Assembly (NCBI GenBank): GCA_035536185.1
Contig: DATLOM010000021.1
Span: forward strand, 41,731-105,730
Length of the DNA stretch: 64,000 nt
Source of the DNA: Acidimicrobiales bacterium
GTDB lineage: Bacteria; Actinomycetota; Acidimicrobiia; Acidimicrobiales; GCA-2861595
Reading direction: 5' to 3'
The notes beneath the pieces were generated by a model, which saw only the letters and a program-made list of their open reading frames with translations, was not told where the DNA came from and made no database searches. The position numbers and the translations under genes were made by a program. This document shows positions 1-7,284 of the stretch, piece after piece (position 1 is the stretch's first letter; every line of letters starts with the position of its first letter).

Positions 1-1492
1 CGCCGTCGTGCAGGTTGCGCTCCAGCTTCCGGCGCTCGGCATCCCCAGCGGCCACGATCCGGGCACGCGAGCGCTTCAGCTCCTCGTTGGCCTGGCGCAG
101 CTCGTCGAGCGACTGCTGCAGGGCCGAGTCGAGCTGCACGTTGTGCAGGGCGAGCCCGACCTGGCGAGCCAGCTCCACCAGCACCCGGTCGTCCTCCTCC
201 GAGAACGGCTCCGCCTCGGGCCGGCGCTCCGCCACGATCAGGCCGAGCAATTCGCCGGCGTGGGCGATCGGGGCCACCCGCACCAGGCTCGGATCGCGAC
301 CCACGACCAGCTGCGGCAACCAGACCCCGAGCCACGTACCTCCGGACACCCCGGCCCGGGCCACCACTGGCGCCTCCTTGGGCCCCAGCTCGATCACCGC
401 GGAGTCGCGATGGGGAACAGAGACGCTGCGTTCCAAGCGTCCTCCTGATCCGGTCCATACCTCGGCGGACGCCAGCGACATCGTCTTGCGCAGCGATTCG
501 GCGAGCTGCAGCAACAGCTCGTCGAGAGGGATGGCTCGGGTGAGGCGGCTGCCGAAGGTGCGCAGGGCCTCGTCGGGAGCGGCCTGCTCGCCGTAGACCA
601 TGCGGTTGGCGGCCACGGCGAGGCGGTCGCGGGTGGGCAGGTACAGCAAGCTGGCCACGGCGGCGGCGGCCATGGACAGCAGCAGGACGGTGCGCTCGCC
701 ACCGGCCGGCACCCGCCCCAGGCCGACGACCACCACCACGTAGACGGCCACCACCAGGGCGGTGAGGCCGGCCAGCGAGACGGTGTGGGTGAGCAGGCGG
801 TCGACCCGTGCCACCAACCGCGGGGAGGTGCCGGCGACGAGGGCCAGCGGCACGAGCCCCGTGCTGGCGAGGGCCAGCTCGCGGAAGTGGCCCGGCCAGT
901 CGGCCAGCAGATCGAGGGCCACGAGCACCAGCACCAGCTCGGTGGCCACGACCACGGCCCAGCCGATCCATTGCAGCCGCCGCCTCGCCACCGCGCCGGC
1001 GGCGAGATAGCGGGAGTGCGACGGCGGCACCCCGGCCAGCGCCACCGCGACGGCCTCGAGAACGACGGGCCACCGGGGCAGCTCGGGCCGGGCCGCCACC
1101 AGGTACAACCCGCTGAGCAGGCCGACGCCGTAGCCGACCTGCACCGTCACCCAACGGCCCCGGTCCCCGAGCCGTCCGTCCGGCAGGGCCAGCAGGAAGT
1201 GAAGGGCGATGGCCGGCAGCAGAGCCAGCGCGAGGCGGGCCACCGTGTCGGCGGCGTCGGCGGCGCCGGTATCGAGATCCGCGTGCCGGGCCAGTGCCGA
1301 GGCCAGGACACCGATGCCGCCCACGGCGGCGGCGCCCAGTACGAGGGGGCCGAGGCGGTCCTGGCGCCGCCGGACCCCCAGGGCGGTGCCGGCGCCCGCC
1401 CACAACACCACCAGCGCGGCCCGCACCATCTCGAGCCCAGAGGGGCCACCGGCGGAACCCGAAGCGGCCACGGCAACGGCGGCGGCGGCCAT
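1..1492 (-). CDS. Sensor histidine kinase, multi-TM + GAF-like + HisKA_3 (3' end outside window)
   Basis: Absent from the ORF track because it runs off the left edge. The reverse frame with codons ending at position 2 is open from ATG at 1492. The translation gives several hydrophobic helices and a GAF-like segment (PIAHAGELLGLIVAERRPEAEPFSEEDDRVLVELARQVGLALHNVQL). A coiled linker and the HisKA_3 H-box (AERRKLERNLHDG) follow at the window edge. Confidence 0.8.
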   Translation of the reverse strand, partial: MAAAAVAVAASGSAGGPSGLEMVRAALVVLWAGAGTALGVRRRQDRLGPLVLGAAAVGGIGVLASALARHADLDTGAADAADTVARLALALLPAIALHFLLALPDGRLGDRGRWVTVQVGYGVGLLSGLYLVAARPELPRWPVVLEAVAVALAGVPPSHSRYLAAGAVARRRLQWIGWAVVVATELVLVLVALDLLADWPGHFRELALASTGLVPLALVAGTSPRLVARVDRLLTHTVSLAGLTALVVAVYVVVVVGLGRVPAGGERTVLLLSMAAAAVASLLYLPTRDRLAVAANRMVYGEQAAPDEALRTFGSRLTRAIPLDELLLQLAESLRKTMSLASAEVWTGSGGRLERSVSVPHRDSAVIELGPKEAPVVARAGVSGGTWLGVWLPQLVVGRDPSLVRVAPIAHAGELLGLIVAERRPEAEPFSEEDDRVLVELARQVGLALHNVQLDSALQQSLDELRQANEELKRSRARIVAAGDAERRKLERNLHDG

Positions 1493-1619
1493 GACGACGC
1501 ACAAAGGTGCCACGAGAAGACAGAGGGGCGAGCGGGCCGGCTCCACCTCCGTGACCGCCTCCTCTACCGGCAACACGGTCACGGCCACCGGACGCCTCGT
1601 CTCGTCGACCCGGAGAATG

Positions 1620-2345
1620 TCAGGCACCTACCGGGGCGGCCGCCGGCTCCTCCAGCGGCTCGCGCCCCCCATGGTCGACGACCCGGCCGTCACGCATGCG
1701 CACGATGCGCTGCGCGGCGTCGGCGACCGGCTGGTCGTGGGTCACGAGCACGATGGTCTGGCCGTCACCGTGGAGACGCCGGAACAGCTCCAGCACCTCG
1801 GCGCCCCCCTCGGTGTCCAGCGCTCCGGTGGGCTCGTCGGCCAGCACCAGTGTCGGCTGGTTGGCCAGCGCCCGGGCGATCGCCAGCCGCTGGCGCTGGC
1901 CCCCCGACAGAACTCCTGGCGCCTGGCGGGCCTTGTCGCCGAGGCCGAGCAGGTCGAGCAGGTCGCGGGCCCGCGTCTCCGCCGGCTTGCGCTTGACACC
2001 GGCGATCAGCGCCGGCATGACCACGTTCTCGAGCACGCTCATGCTCTCCAGGAGGTTGAAGAACTGGAACACGATGCCCACGTGCTTCCGGCGCATCAGC
2101 GCCAGCGCGTTCTCGTCCTTGTCGGTGAGGCTCTCGCCGGCCACCTCGATCTCCCCCTCATCGGGTGAGTCGAGACCGGCGATGATGTTGAGCAGGGTGG
2201 ACTTCCCGCAACCAGACGGGCCCATCACGGCGACGAACTCACCCCGCTCCACTACGAGGTCGGCGCCCCGTAGGGCCCGGACCGGCGCCAGCTCCTGGTC
2301 GAACGTGCGGTACAGGTTCTTCGCCCTCACTACGAGGTCGCTCAC
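1620..2345 (-). CDS. ABC transporter ATP-binding protein (MacB/LolD/FtsE-like)
   Basis: 241 aa. Walker A GPSGCGKST, ABC signature LSGGQRQRLAIARAL, Walker B LVLADEPTGALD. The GTG start overlaps the TGA of the upstream response-regulator gene (GTGA at 2342-2345). Confidence 0.95.
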   Translation of the reverse strand: MSDLVVRAKNLYRTFDQELAPVRALRGADLVVERGEFVAVMGPSGCGKSTLLNIIAGLDSPDEGEIEVAGESLTDKDENALALMRRKHVGIVFQFFNLLESMSVLENVVMPALIAGVKRKPAETRARDLLDLLGLGDKARQAPGVLSGGQRQRLAIARALANQPTLVLADEPTGALDTEGGAEVLELFRRLHGDGQTIVLVTHDQPVADAAQRIVRMRDGRVVDHGGREPLEEPAAAPVGA

Positions 2346-3706
2346 GGTGTTCCTCCTGTGGTCCCGGTTCCGATGTTCCCTACAGATGCGGCTCGTGCCG
2401 GCTGCGATGGCCCTATCCGGTACGAGACGACCGGCGTGTCCCGTCCCTTGACCAGCTCGGGCGCCAGCTTCTCGGCATCGGCCGGCGGCTCCGGCAGAGC
2501 GTTCCAGGTGGCCTCGCTGAGCACGGTCTGGCCGCGGGCGGCGAACTGCTGGAGCCGCTGGCTCAGGTTCACCACGTCCCCCACGACGGTGTATTCGAGC
2601 CGTTCCTCCGATCCGAGCAGAGCGGCGGCCGCCTCACCGGTCGACAGGCCGATGCCGAGCTCGAAGGCGGGAAGGCCCTCGCTCTCCCACCTGGCGTTCA
2701 CCGCGGCCTGGGCCTCGTGCATGGCCAGGGCGGCGGCGAAGGCCCGGATGGCATGGTCGGGTTGGGCCACCGGCGCCCCGAACACCGCCATGACCGCATC
2801 GCCCACGTACTGCATGACCGTGCCTCCCTCGGCCAGGATGGCACGGTTCATCTCCGCCCGGTGCAGGTTGAGCTGGCCGGCCAGCTGGCTGGGCTCGGAG
2901 TGCTCGGCGATCGACGAGTACCCCCGGATGTCGGACATGACCACGGTGACGTTTACGTCCTCAGTCTCTCCCACCCGCCGGCCCTCACGGCGGACTTTCT
3001 CGGCCAAACCGGTCGGCAGCAGGCGGCTCAACGTCTCACCCTGCTCCTCACGCTCCACGATGGCCTCGTGGAGCAGGCGCAGGCGGCGTAGGGCCCCGGC
3101 CGTCCCGGTGGTCACGCCCTCGGCGAGGCGGCGGAAGAGCCGTTCGACCTCGTCGGCCACCGCGGCCGGCGTCGTGGCCCGGGTGGCGGCAATGGCCTTG
3201 ATGGGGCGTCCCTCGGCGACCATGGCCAGCAGCGTCTCGTCCTCGGGCGACAGGTCCCCATCGGCCGAAACCGGGCGGACGAGGGCGTTGACGATGGCCG
3301 GGTCGAGCATCGATCCCCCCGTCGCCACCTCCCGGACCGCCCTGGCCAGCTGGTCACCTTCCGCCACCCTGTCCTTCAGCAGGTAGGCGTACCCGGCCGC
3401 CCCCTCGGCCAGCAGGGCGATGGCGTAGTCGGAATCGTCGTACTGGGACAGGATCACGATGCCGGTACCGGGGTGGCGCTTGCGGATCTCCTGGCAGGCA
3501 TCGATCCCCTCGCGCTGAAAGGCCGGGGGCATACGGATGTCGGACACGATCACCTGGGGGGCGGCCGCCACTGCTCCGGCCACCAGCCCGTCGTAGTCCT
3601 CCGCCACCCCTACCACCTCGAGGTCCTTCTCCCGGGCCAGCATGGCCCGTACACCCTCCCGGATGAGCACGCTGTCGTCGGCCAGGAAGACGGTGATTGC
3701 CTGCAC
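2342..3706 (-). CDS. Response regulator fused to a degenerate LuxR-type HTH and a class III adenylate/guanylate cyclase domain
   Basis: 454 aa. N-terminal REC domain (VFLADDSVLIREG...VIVSDIRMPP...GAAGYLLKD). Middle NarL-like segment (LSPEDETLLAMVAEGRPIKAIA...). C-terminal cyclase motifs: VTVVMSDIRGYS, YVGDAVMAVFGAP, GLSTGEA, YTVVGDVVNLSQRLQ. Confidence 0.9.
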   Translation of the reverse strand: MQAITVFLADDSVLIREGVRAMLAREKDLEVVGVAEDYDGLVAGAVAAAPQVIVSDIRMPPAFQREGIDACQEIRKRHPGTGIVILSQYDDSDYAIALLAEGAAGYAYLLKDRVAEGDQLARAVREVATGGSMLDPAIVNALVRPVSADGDLSPEDETLLAMVAEGRPIKAIAATRATTPAAVADEVERLFRRLAEGVTTGTAGALRRLRLLHEAIVEREEQGETLSRLLPTGLAEKVRREGRRVGETEDVNVTVVMSDIRGYSSIAEHSEPSQLAGQLNLHRAEMNRAILAEGGTVMQYVGDAVMAVFGAPVAQPDHAIRAFAAALAMHEAQAAVNARWESEGLPAFELGIGLSTGEAAAALLGSEERLEYTVVGDVVNLSQRLQQFAARGQTVLSEATWNALPEPPADAEKLAPELVKGRDTPVVSYRIGPSQPARAASVGNIGTGTTGGTP

Positions 3707-3841
3707 GGCGTCAATAACACCCCATCCGGCGGGTCACGGCCAATGGTGCTGACGGGTGAACCGGAGGTGGGGCCACCACCACCTGAGGGATGCCGGCCCG
3801 CACCCTCGCTCCGGCCACCCGCTCGCCGTACCGTTCCCCCC

Positions 3842-4900
3842 ATGCGCATCGAGTCGTCGGTGACCTGTATCTCCTGGATCCCCTCCGAAGCCGTGCAGGG
3901 CCTGCCCCGCCTGGGCTTCTCTACCGGCGTCGCCCACTACGACCGGCCGCCGCCCGAGGACATCGGCGCGCCCGGGGAGGGGCGGCTCGAAGAGCTGGCG
4001 GCGACGGACCGCCTGCGCTTCGCCAACCACCTGCGGGCCTGGGTCGACGTCGAAGACGGGCGCATCACCGGCTATGGCTACGACGAGACCAGCGGGGGCC
4101 GGATCGGCTCCACCCACGTCCGGCTGGGACGGGCCGACCTGGACGTGGGCGCCACCGCGCTTCCCGACCTCGTCAGGGACCCGGAGGTGGGTGACGGCTG
4201 GGTGCGGTTCAGGCAGACCAGCGGCGGGCGCACCGGGCTGCCCGCCCCCCGCACCGTCGCCCACCCTCCGTTCGTCCAGTACCAGGCTCCCATCGGGTGG
4301 AGCACCCTGCAGCTCACCCTGCACGCCGGCGGCCAGGTCGACGCCGAGCTCACCGGCGCCAGCGTCTTTCCCCGCCACTGGATGTACGACCACAGCGGAG
4401 CCCTGGTGCAGAAGAGCGGCGTGATCGATTTCAACGAGTGGTGGAAGCACTCGTTCGGCAAGCACACACCGTGGGGGGACATGGACTCGCCCGCCCTGGT
4501 GACCCAGGTCGAGACGGCCCTGGAGCGCCAGCTGTCCACCACCATCATGCGGGGCGGCCGGAAGCCGTCCGTCCGCAAGGTGAAGAAGGGCCGGGCGCTG
4601 GTGGAGCAGGGCGAGCAAGGCGCCGAGCTCTACCTCCTCCTCGACGGAGTGCTGGCCGTGGAGGTGGACGGGAGGGCGCTGGCCGAGCTCGGGCCGGGCA
4701 CGGTCATGGGCGAGCGGGCCCTGCTCGAAGGGGGCCTGCGTACGGCGACGCTGCGGGCCGTGACGCCGTGCCGGGTGGCGGTGGCCGGCGCGGCCGACAT
4801 CGACCCGGCGGTGCTGGCCGAGCTCCGGGAGGGGCACCGTCGTGAGGAGGGCGCCGCAGCAGCACCCGACGGCGACGTAGTGGGGGTGCCCCGCGAGTGA
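3842..4900 (+). CDS. Cyclic-nucleotide-binding domain protein with a roughly 235 aa N-terminal domain of unknown function
   Basis: The C-terminus has the CAP/CNB-type pattern (GEQGAELYLLLDGVLAVEVDGRALAELGPGTVMGERALLEGGLRTATLRAVTPCRV). The track ORF extends to 3473 but that part is antisense to the REC gene. I chose ATG 3842 (MRIESS...); in-frame ATG 3743 is an alternative. The stop overlaps the next gene's GTG start. Confidence 0.8.
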   Translation: MRIESSVTCISWIPSEAVQGLPRLGFSTGVAHYDRPPPEDIGAPGEGRLEELAATDRLRFANHLRAWVDVEDGRITGYGYDETSGGRIGSTHVRLGRADLDVGATALPDLVRDPEVGDGWVRFRQTSGGRTGLPAPRTVAHPPFVQYQAPIGWSTLQLTLHAGGQVDAELTGASVFPRHWMYDHSGALVQKSGVIDFNEWWKHSFGKHTPWGDMDSPALVTQVETALERQLSTTIMRGGRKPSVRKVKKGRALVEQGEQGAELYLLLDGVLAVEVDGRALAELGPGTVMGERALLEGGLRTATLRAVTPCRVAVAGAADIDPAVLAELREGHRREEGAAAAPDGDVVGVPRE

Positions 4901-7269
4901 CGCCGCTCCGCCTCTGGTTCCGCTCCTCGCTTCGGTGGCGACGTCGATCGTTCATCGCGCTGACGATCCTGGTCGGGGTGGCAGGCGGAGTCGTGGTCGG
5001 GAGCGCGGCGGGTGCCCGGAGAACCGACACCGCCTATACGCGGTTCCTGGAGTACGCCGACACGTTCGACACCGTCGTGCAGGCGGTGCCGTTCCCGCTC
5101 GACATCGAGGCGATCCAGAAGCTTCCCGAGGTGGAGGAGGCGGTGAACGGGGCCTACGCGTTCATCAACCCCGCTCCGGGAGAACCCGACCGGGAGCTGT
5201 CGCCCATACTGATGCCCGACCTCCGCACCGTGAAGGGCGACAACTCCAAGATCCTCGAGGGGCGCCGGCCTGATCCGGACAAGGTCGACGAAGCTTCGGT
5301 CTCCACCGTGGCGGCACGGGCCGGCAAGATCAAAGTCGGGTCGACTCTGCGGCTGCAGGCCTGGACTCCCGAGGCCGCTACCGCGCTACTGCAGGGTGAC
5401 CGGAGCCCGCCCGACGGCGTGAAGGTGGCGGTGAAGGTCGTCGGCATCGAGCTGTTCGCCGGCAATATCCTTCCCTCCGAACAGGACGAGGGCACGCTCC
5501 ATCTGACTCCTGCCTTCGCCAAGAAGTACGGCGACCTCATCGGCCAGGTGGACCTCCTTCGCGTAAAGCTGCGGCGGGGGCAGGCGGACATCGCCTCCTT
5601 CAAGGCCGGCGTGGAGCGGATCTCCGACGGCCGGTCGGTCCAGTTCCTGAATCTTGCCGATGACACCGTGCAGGTCCAGCGGGCCATCCACCTTCAAGCA
5701 GTGGCGCTGCAGCTCTTCGCCCTGCTGGCCGGCGTCGCCGCGCTGCTCATCCTCGGCCAGGCCCTGGCCCGCGACACCTTTGTCGACGCCGGCGACCAGC
5801 CGACACTGGCCGCGCTCGGGCTGGCTCCGGGGCAGCGCTGGGCCGGGCTCATGCTGCGCCCGGCGGCCATCGCCCTGGGTGGGTCGATGGTGGCCGTGGC
5901 CGTCGCCTTTTTCGGCTCTCTCCTGACTCCTTTCGGGATCGCGCGGGATGCCGAGCCCGATCCTGGCCTCGCCTTCGACGCCCTCACCATGCTCACCGGC
6001 GGGGCCGCCATGTTCGTGCTCCTCCTGCTAATCGTCTCCCTTCCGGCCTGGCGGGTCGTCCGGGCCGCGGTGCAGTCCGGGTCCCGTAGAACCGAGCGCC
6101 CGTCCCGCCTGGCCGAGGCTCTGGCCAGGAGCGGTGGGAGCCCCAGTGCCGTCACCGGCTTCAGGATGGCCGTCGAGCCCGGCCGCACCGGATCGGTGCC
6201 CACCCGGGCCGCGCTGGCGGGGACCGTCCTGTCACTGATGGCCCTGGTCACCGCCTTCACCTTCGGCAACAGCCTGCAGAACCTCATCGACGAACCCCGG
6301 CTCTACGGCTGGAACTGGGACGCCCTCGTCGGTGACGTCTTCTTCGAGGACCTGGCCGACCAGGTCGTCCCTCCGCTCTCCGAGGCCGAGTCCGTCGCCG
6401 GGTTCTCGACCATCACCCTGACAGAGGCGGACGTTGGCGGCGTCCGGGTGCCGACCTTCGGGTTCGAGAGCAATTCCGGGTCGGTCTTCCCTCCCATCGT
6501 GAGCGGCCGCGCGCCGGAGCAGCCCGACGAGATCGTGCTCGGCGCCAGAACGATGGGCGACGCCGGCAAGAGCATCGGTGACACGGTGACGGTCCGCGTC
6601 GGCGACAACATCGTGAAGATGCGGATCGTGGGGCGCGGGGTGCTGCCGGCACTGAGCGGGGGCGACATCGCCGGCCTCGGCGAAGGGGCGCTCATCACCG
6701 GAGAGGGGCTGGCTCGACTCGTGCCCAGAGCGGTGCGCAACCTCTTCGCCGTCCGGTTCGCCGAAGGAGTCAGCGACGAGCAGAAGGGGGAGGTGCTGGG
6801 CCAGTTCGAGGAGGGGGCCAGCGTGAGCACGGCGTCCCCACCAAAGCGGGTGGCCGACTTCGATCGGGTGGACAACGTGCCTGTCGTGCTCGCCGGCCTC
6901 CTCATCCTCATCGGCGCCGCCACCCTGGTCCACACCCTGGTGACGGCAGTTCGCCGCCGGCGCCGTGACCTGGCCATCCTCAGGACCCTCGGCTTCGTCA
7001 AAGCTCAGGTGAGATGGACTGTCGCCTGGCAGGCGACGACCTTCACCGTCTTCGCCCTCGCCGTGGGCATCCCGCTCGGCGCCGCCGCCGGCCGCTCGGC
7101 GTGGGGCATCTTCGCCAACGAGCTGGGGATCGTGCCCGAGCCCGTGGTCCCGCTCCTCCCTGTGCTGTTGACGATCCCTGTCACCATCATGATCGCCAAC
7201 GCCGTGGCCCTACTTCCTGGCCGGGCCGCCGTCCGCACCCCGCCGGCCGTCGTGCTGCGGACCGAGTAG
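4897..7269 (+). CDS. ABC transporter permease, FtsX/MacB-type, duplicated (about 10 TM)
   Basis: 790 aa. N-terminal TM (FIALTILVGVAGGVVVGSAAGARRTDTAYTRFLE), large extracytoplasmic regions, two FtsX-like helix bundles (e.g. RRDLAILRTLGFVKAQVRWTVAWQ). GTGA overlap with the upstream CNB gene. Confidence 0.9.
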   Translation: MTPLRLWFRSSLRWRRRSFIALTILVGVAGGVVVGSAAGARRTDTAYTRFLEYADTFDTVVQAVPFPLDIEAIQKLPEVEEAVNGAYAFINPAPGEPDRELSPILMPDLRTVKGDNSKILEGRRPDPDKVDEASVSTVAARAGKIKVGSTLRLQAWTPEAATALLQGDRSPPDGVKVAVKVVGIELFAGNILPSEQDEGTLHLTPAFAKKYGDLIGQVDLLRVKLRRGQADIASFKAGVERISDGRSVQFLNLADDTVQVQRAIHLQAVALQLFALLAGVAALLILGQALARDTFVDAGDQPTLAALGLAPGQRWAGLMLRPAAIALGGSMVAVAVAFFGSLLTPFGIARDAEPDPGLAFDALTMLTGGAAMFVLLLLIVSLPAWRVVRAAVQSGSRRTERPSRLAEALARSGGSPSAVTGFRMAVEPGRTGSVPTRAALAGTVLSLMALVTAFTFGNSLQNLIDEPRLYGWNWDALVGDVFFEDLADQVVPPLSEAESVAGFSTITLTEADVGGVRVPTFGFESNSGSVFPPIVSGRAPEQPDEIVLGARTMGDAGKSIGDTVTVRVGDNIVKMRIVGRGVLPALSGGDIAGLGEGALITGEGLARLVPRAVRNLFAVRFAEGVSDEQKGEVLGQFEEGASVSTASPPKRVADFDRVDNVPVVLAGLLILIGAATLVHTLVTAVRRRRRDLAILRTLGFVKAQVRWTVAWQATTFTVFALAVGIPLGAAAGRSAWGIFANELGIVPEPVVPLLPVLLTIPVTIMIANAVALLPGRAAVRTPPAVVLRTE

Positions 7270-7284
7270 CGCCCTCCGGCCAAC

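Noticed and set aside
785-1996. Long plus-strand ORF (403 aa, Arg/Gly/Pro-rich) and many similar long ORFs elsewhere, e.g. 24984-26714(-), 32677-34260(-), 25940-27370(-), 59335-61119(+), 20538-21611(-), 12134-13111(-).
   Set aside because: They are antisense or out-of-frame shadows of clearly recognisable genes, as expected in roughly 70% G+C DNA. Their translations are low-complexity R/P/G/A strings with no motifs.
3473-3841. Upstream 123 codons of the cNMP-binding protein ORF.
   Set aside because: This part is antisense to the REC domain coding region and crosses the divergent promoter. Its translation is low-complexity, so a downstream start (3842, or possibly 3743) is used.
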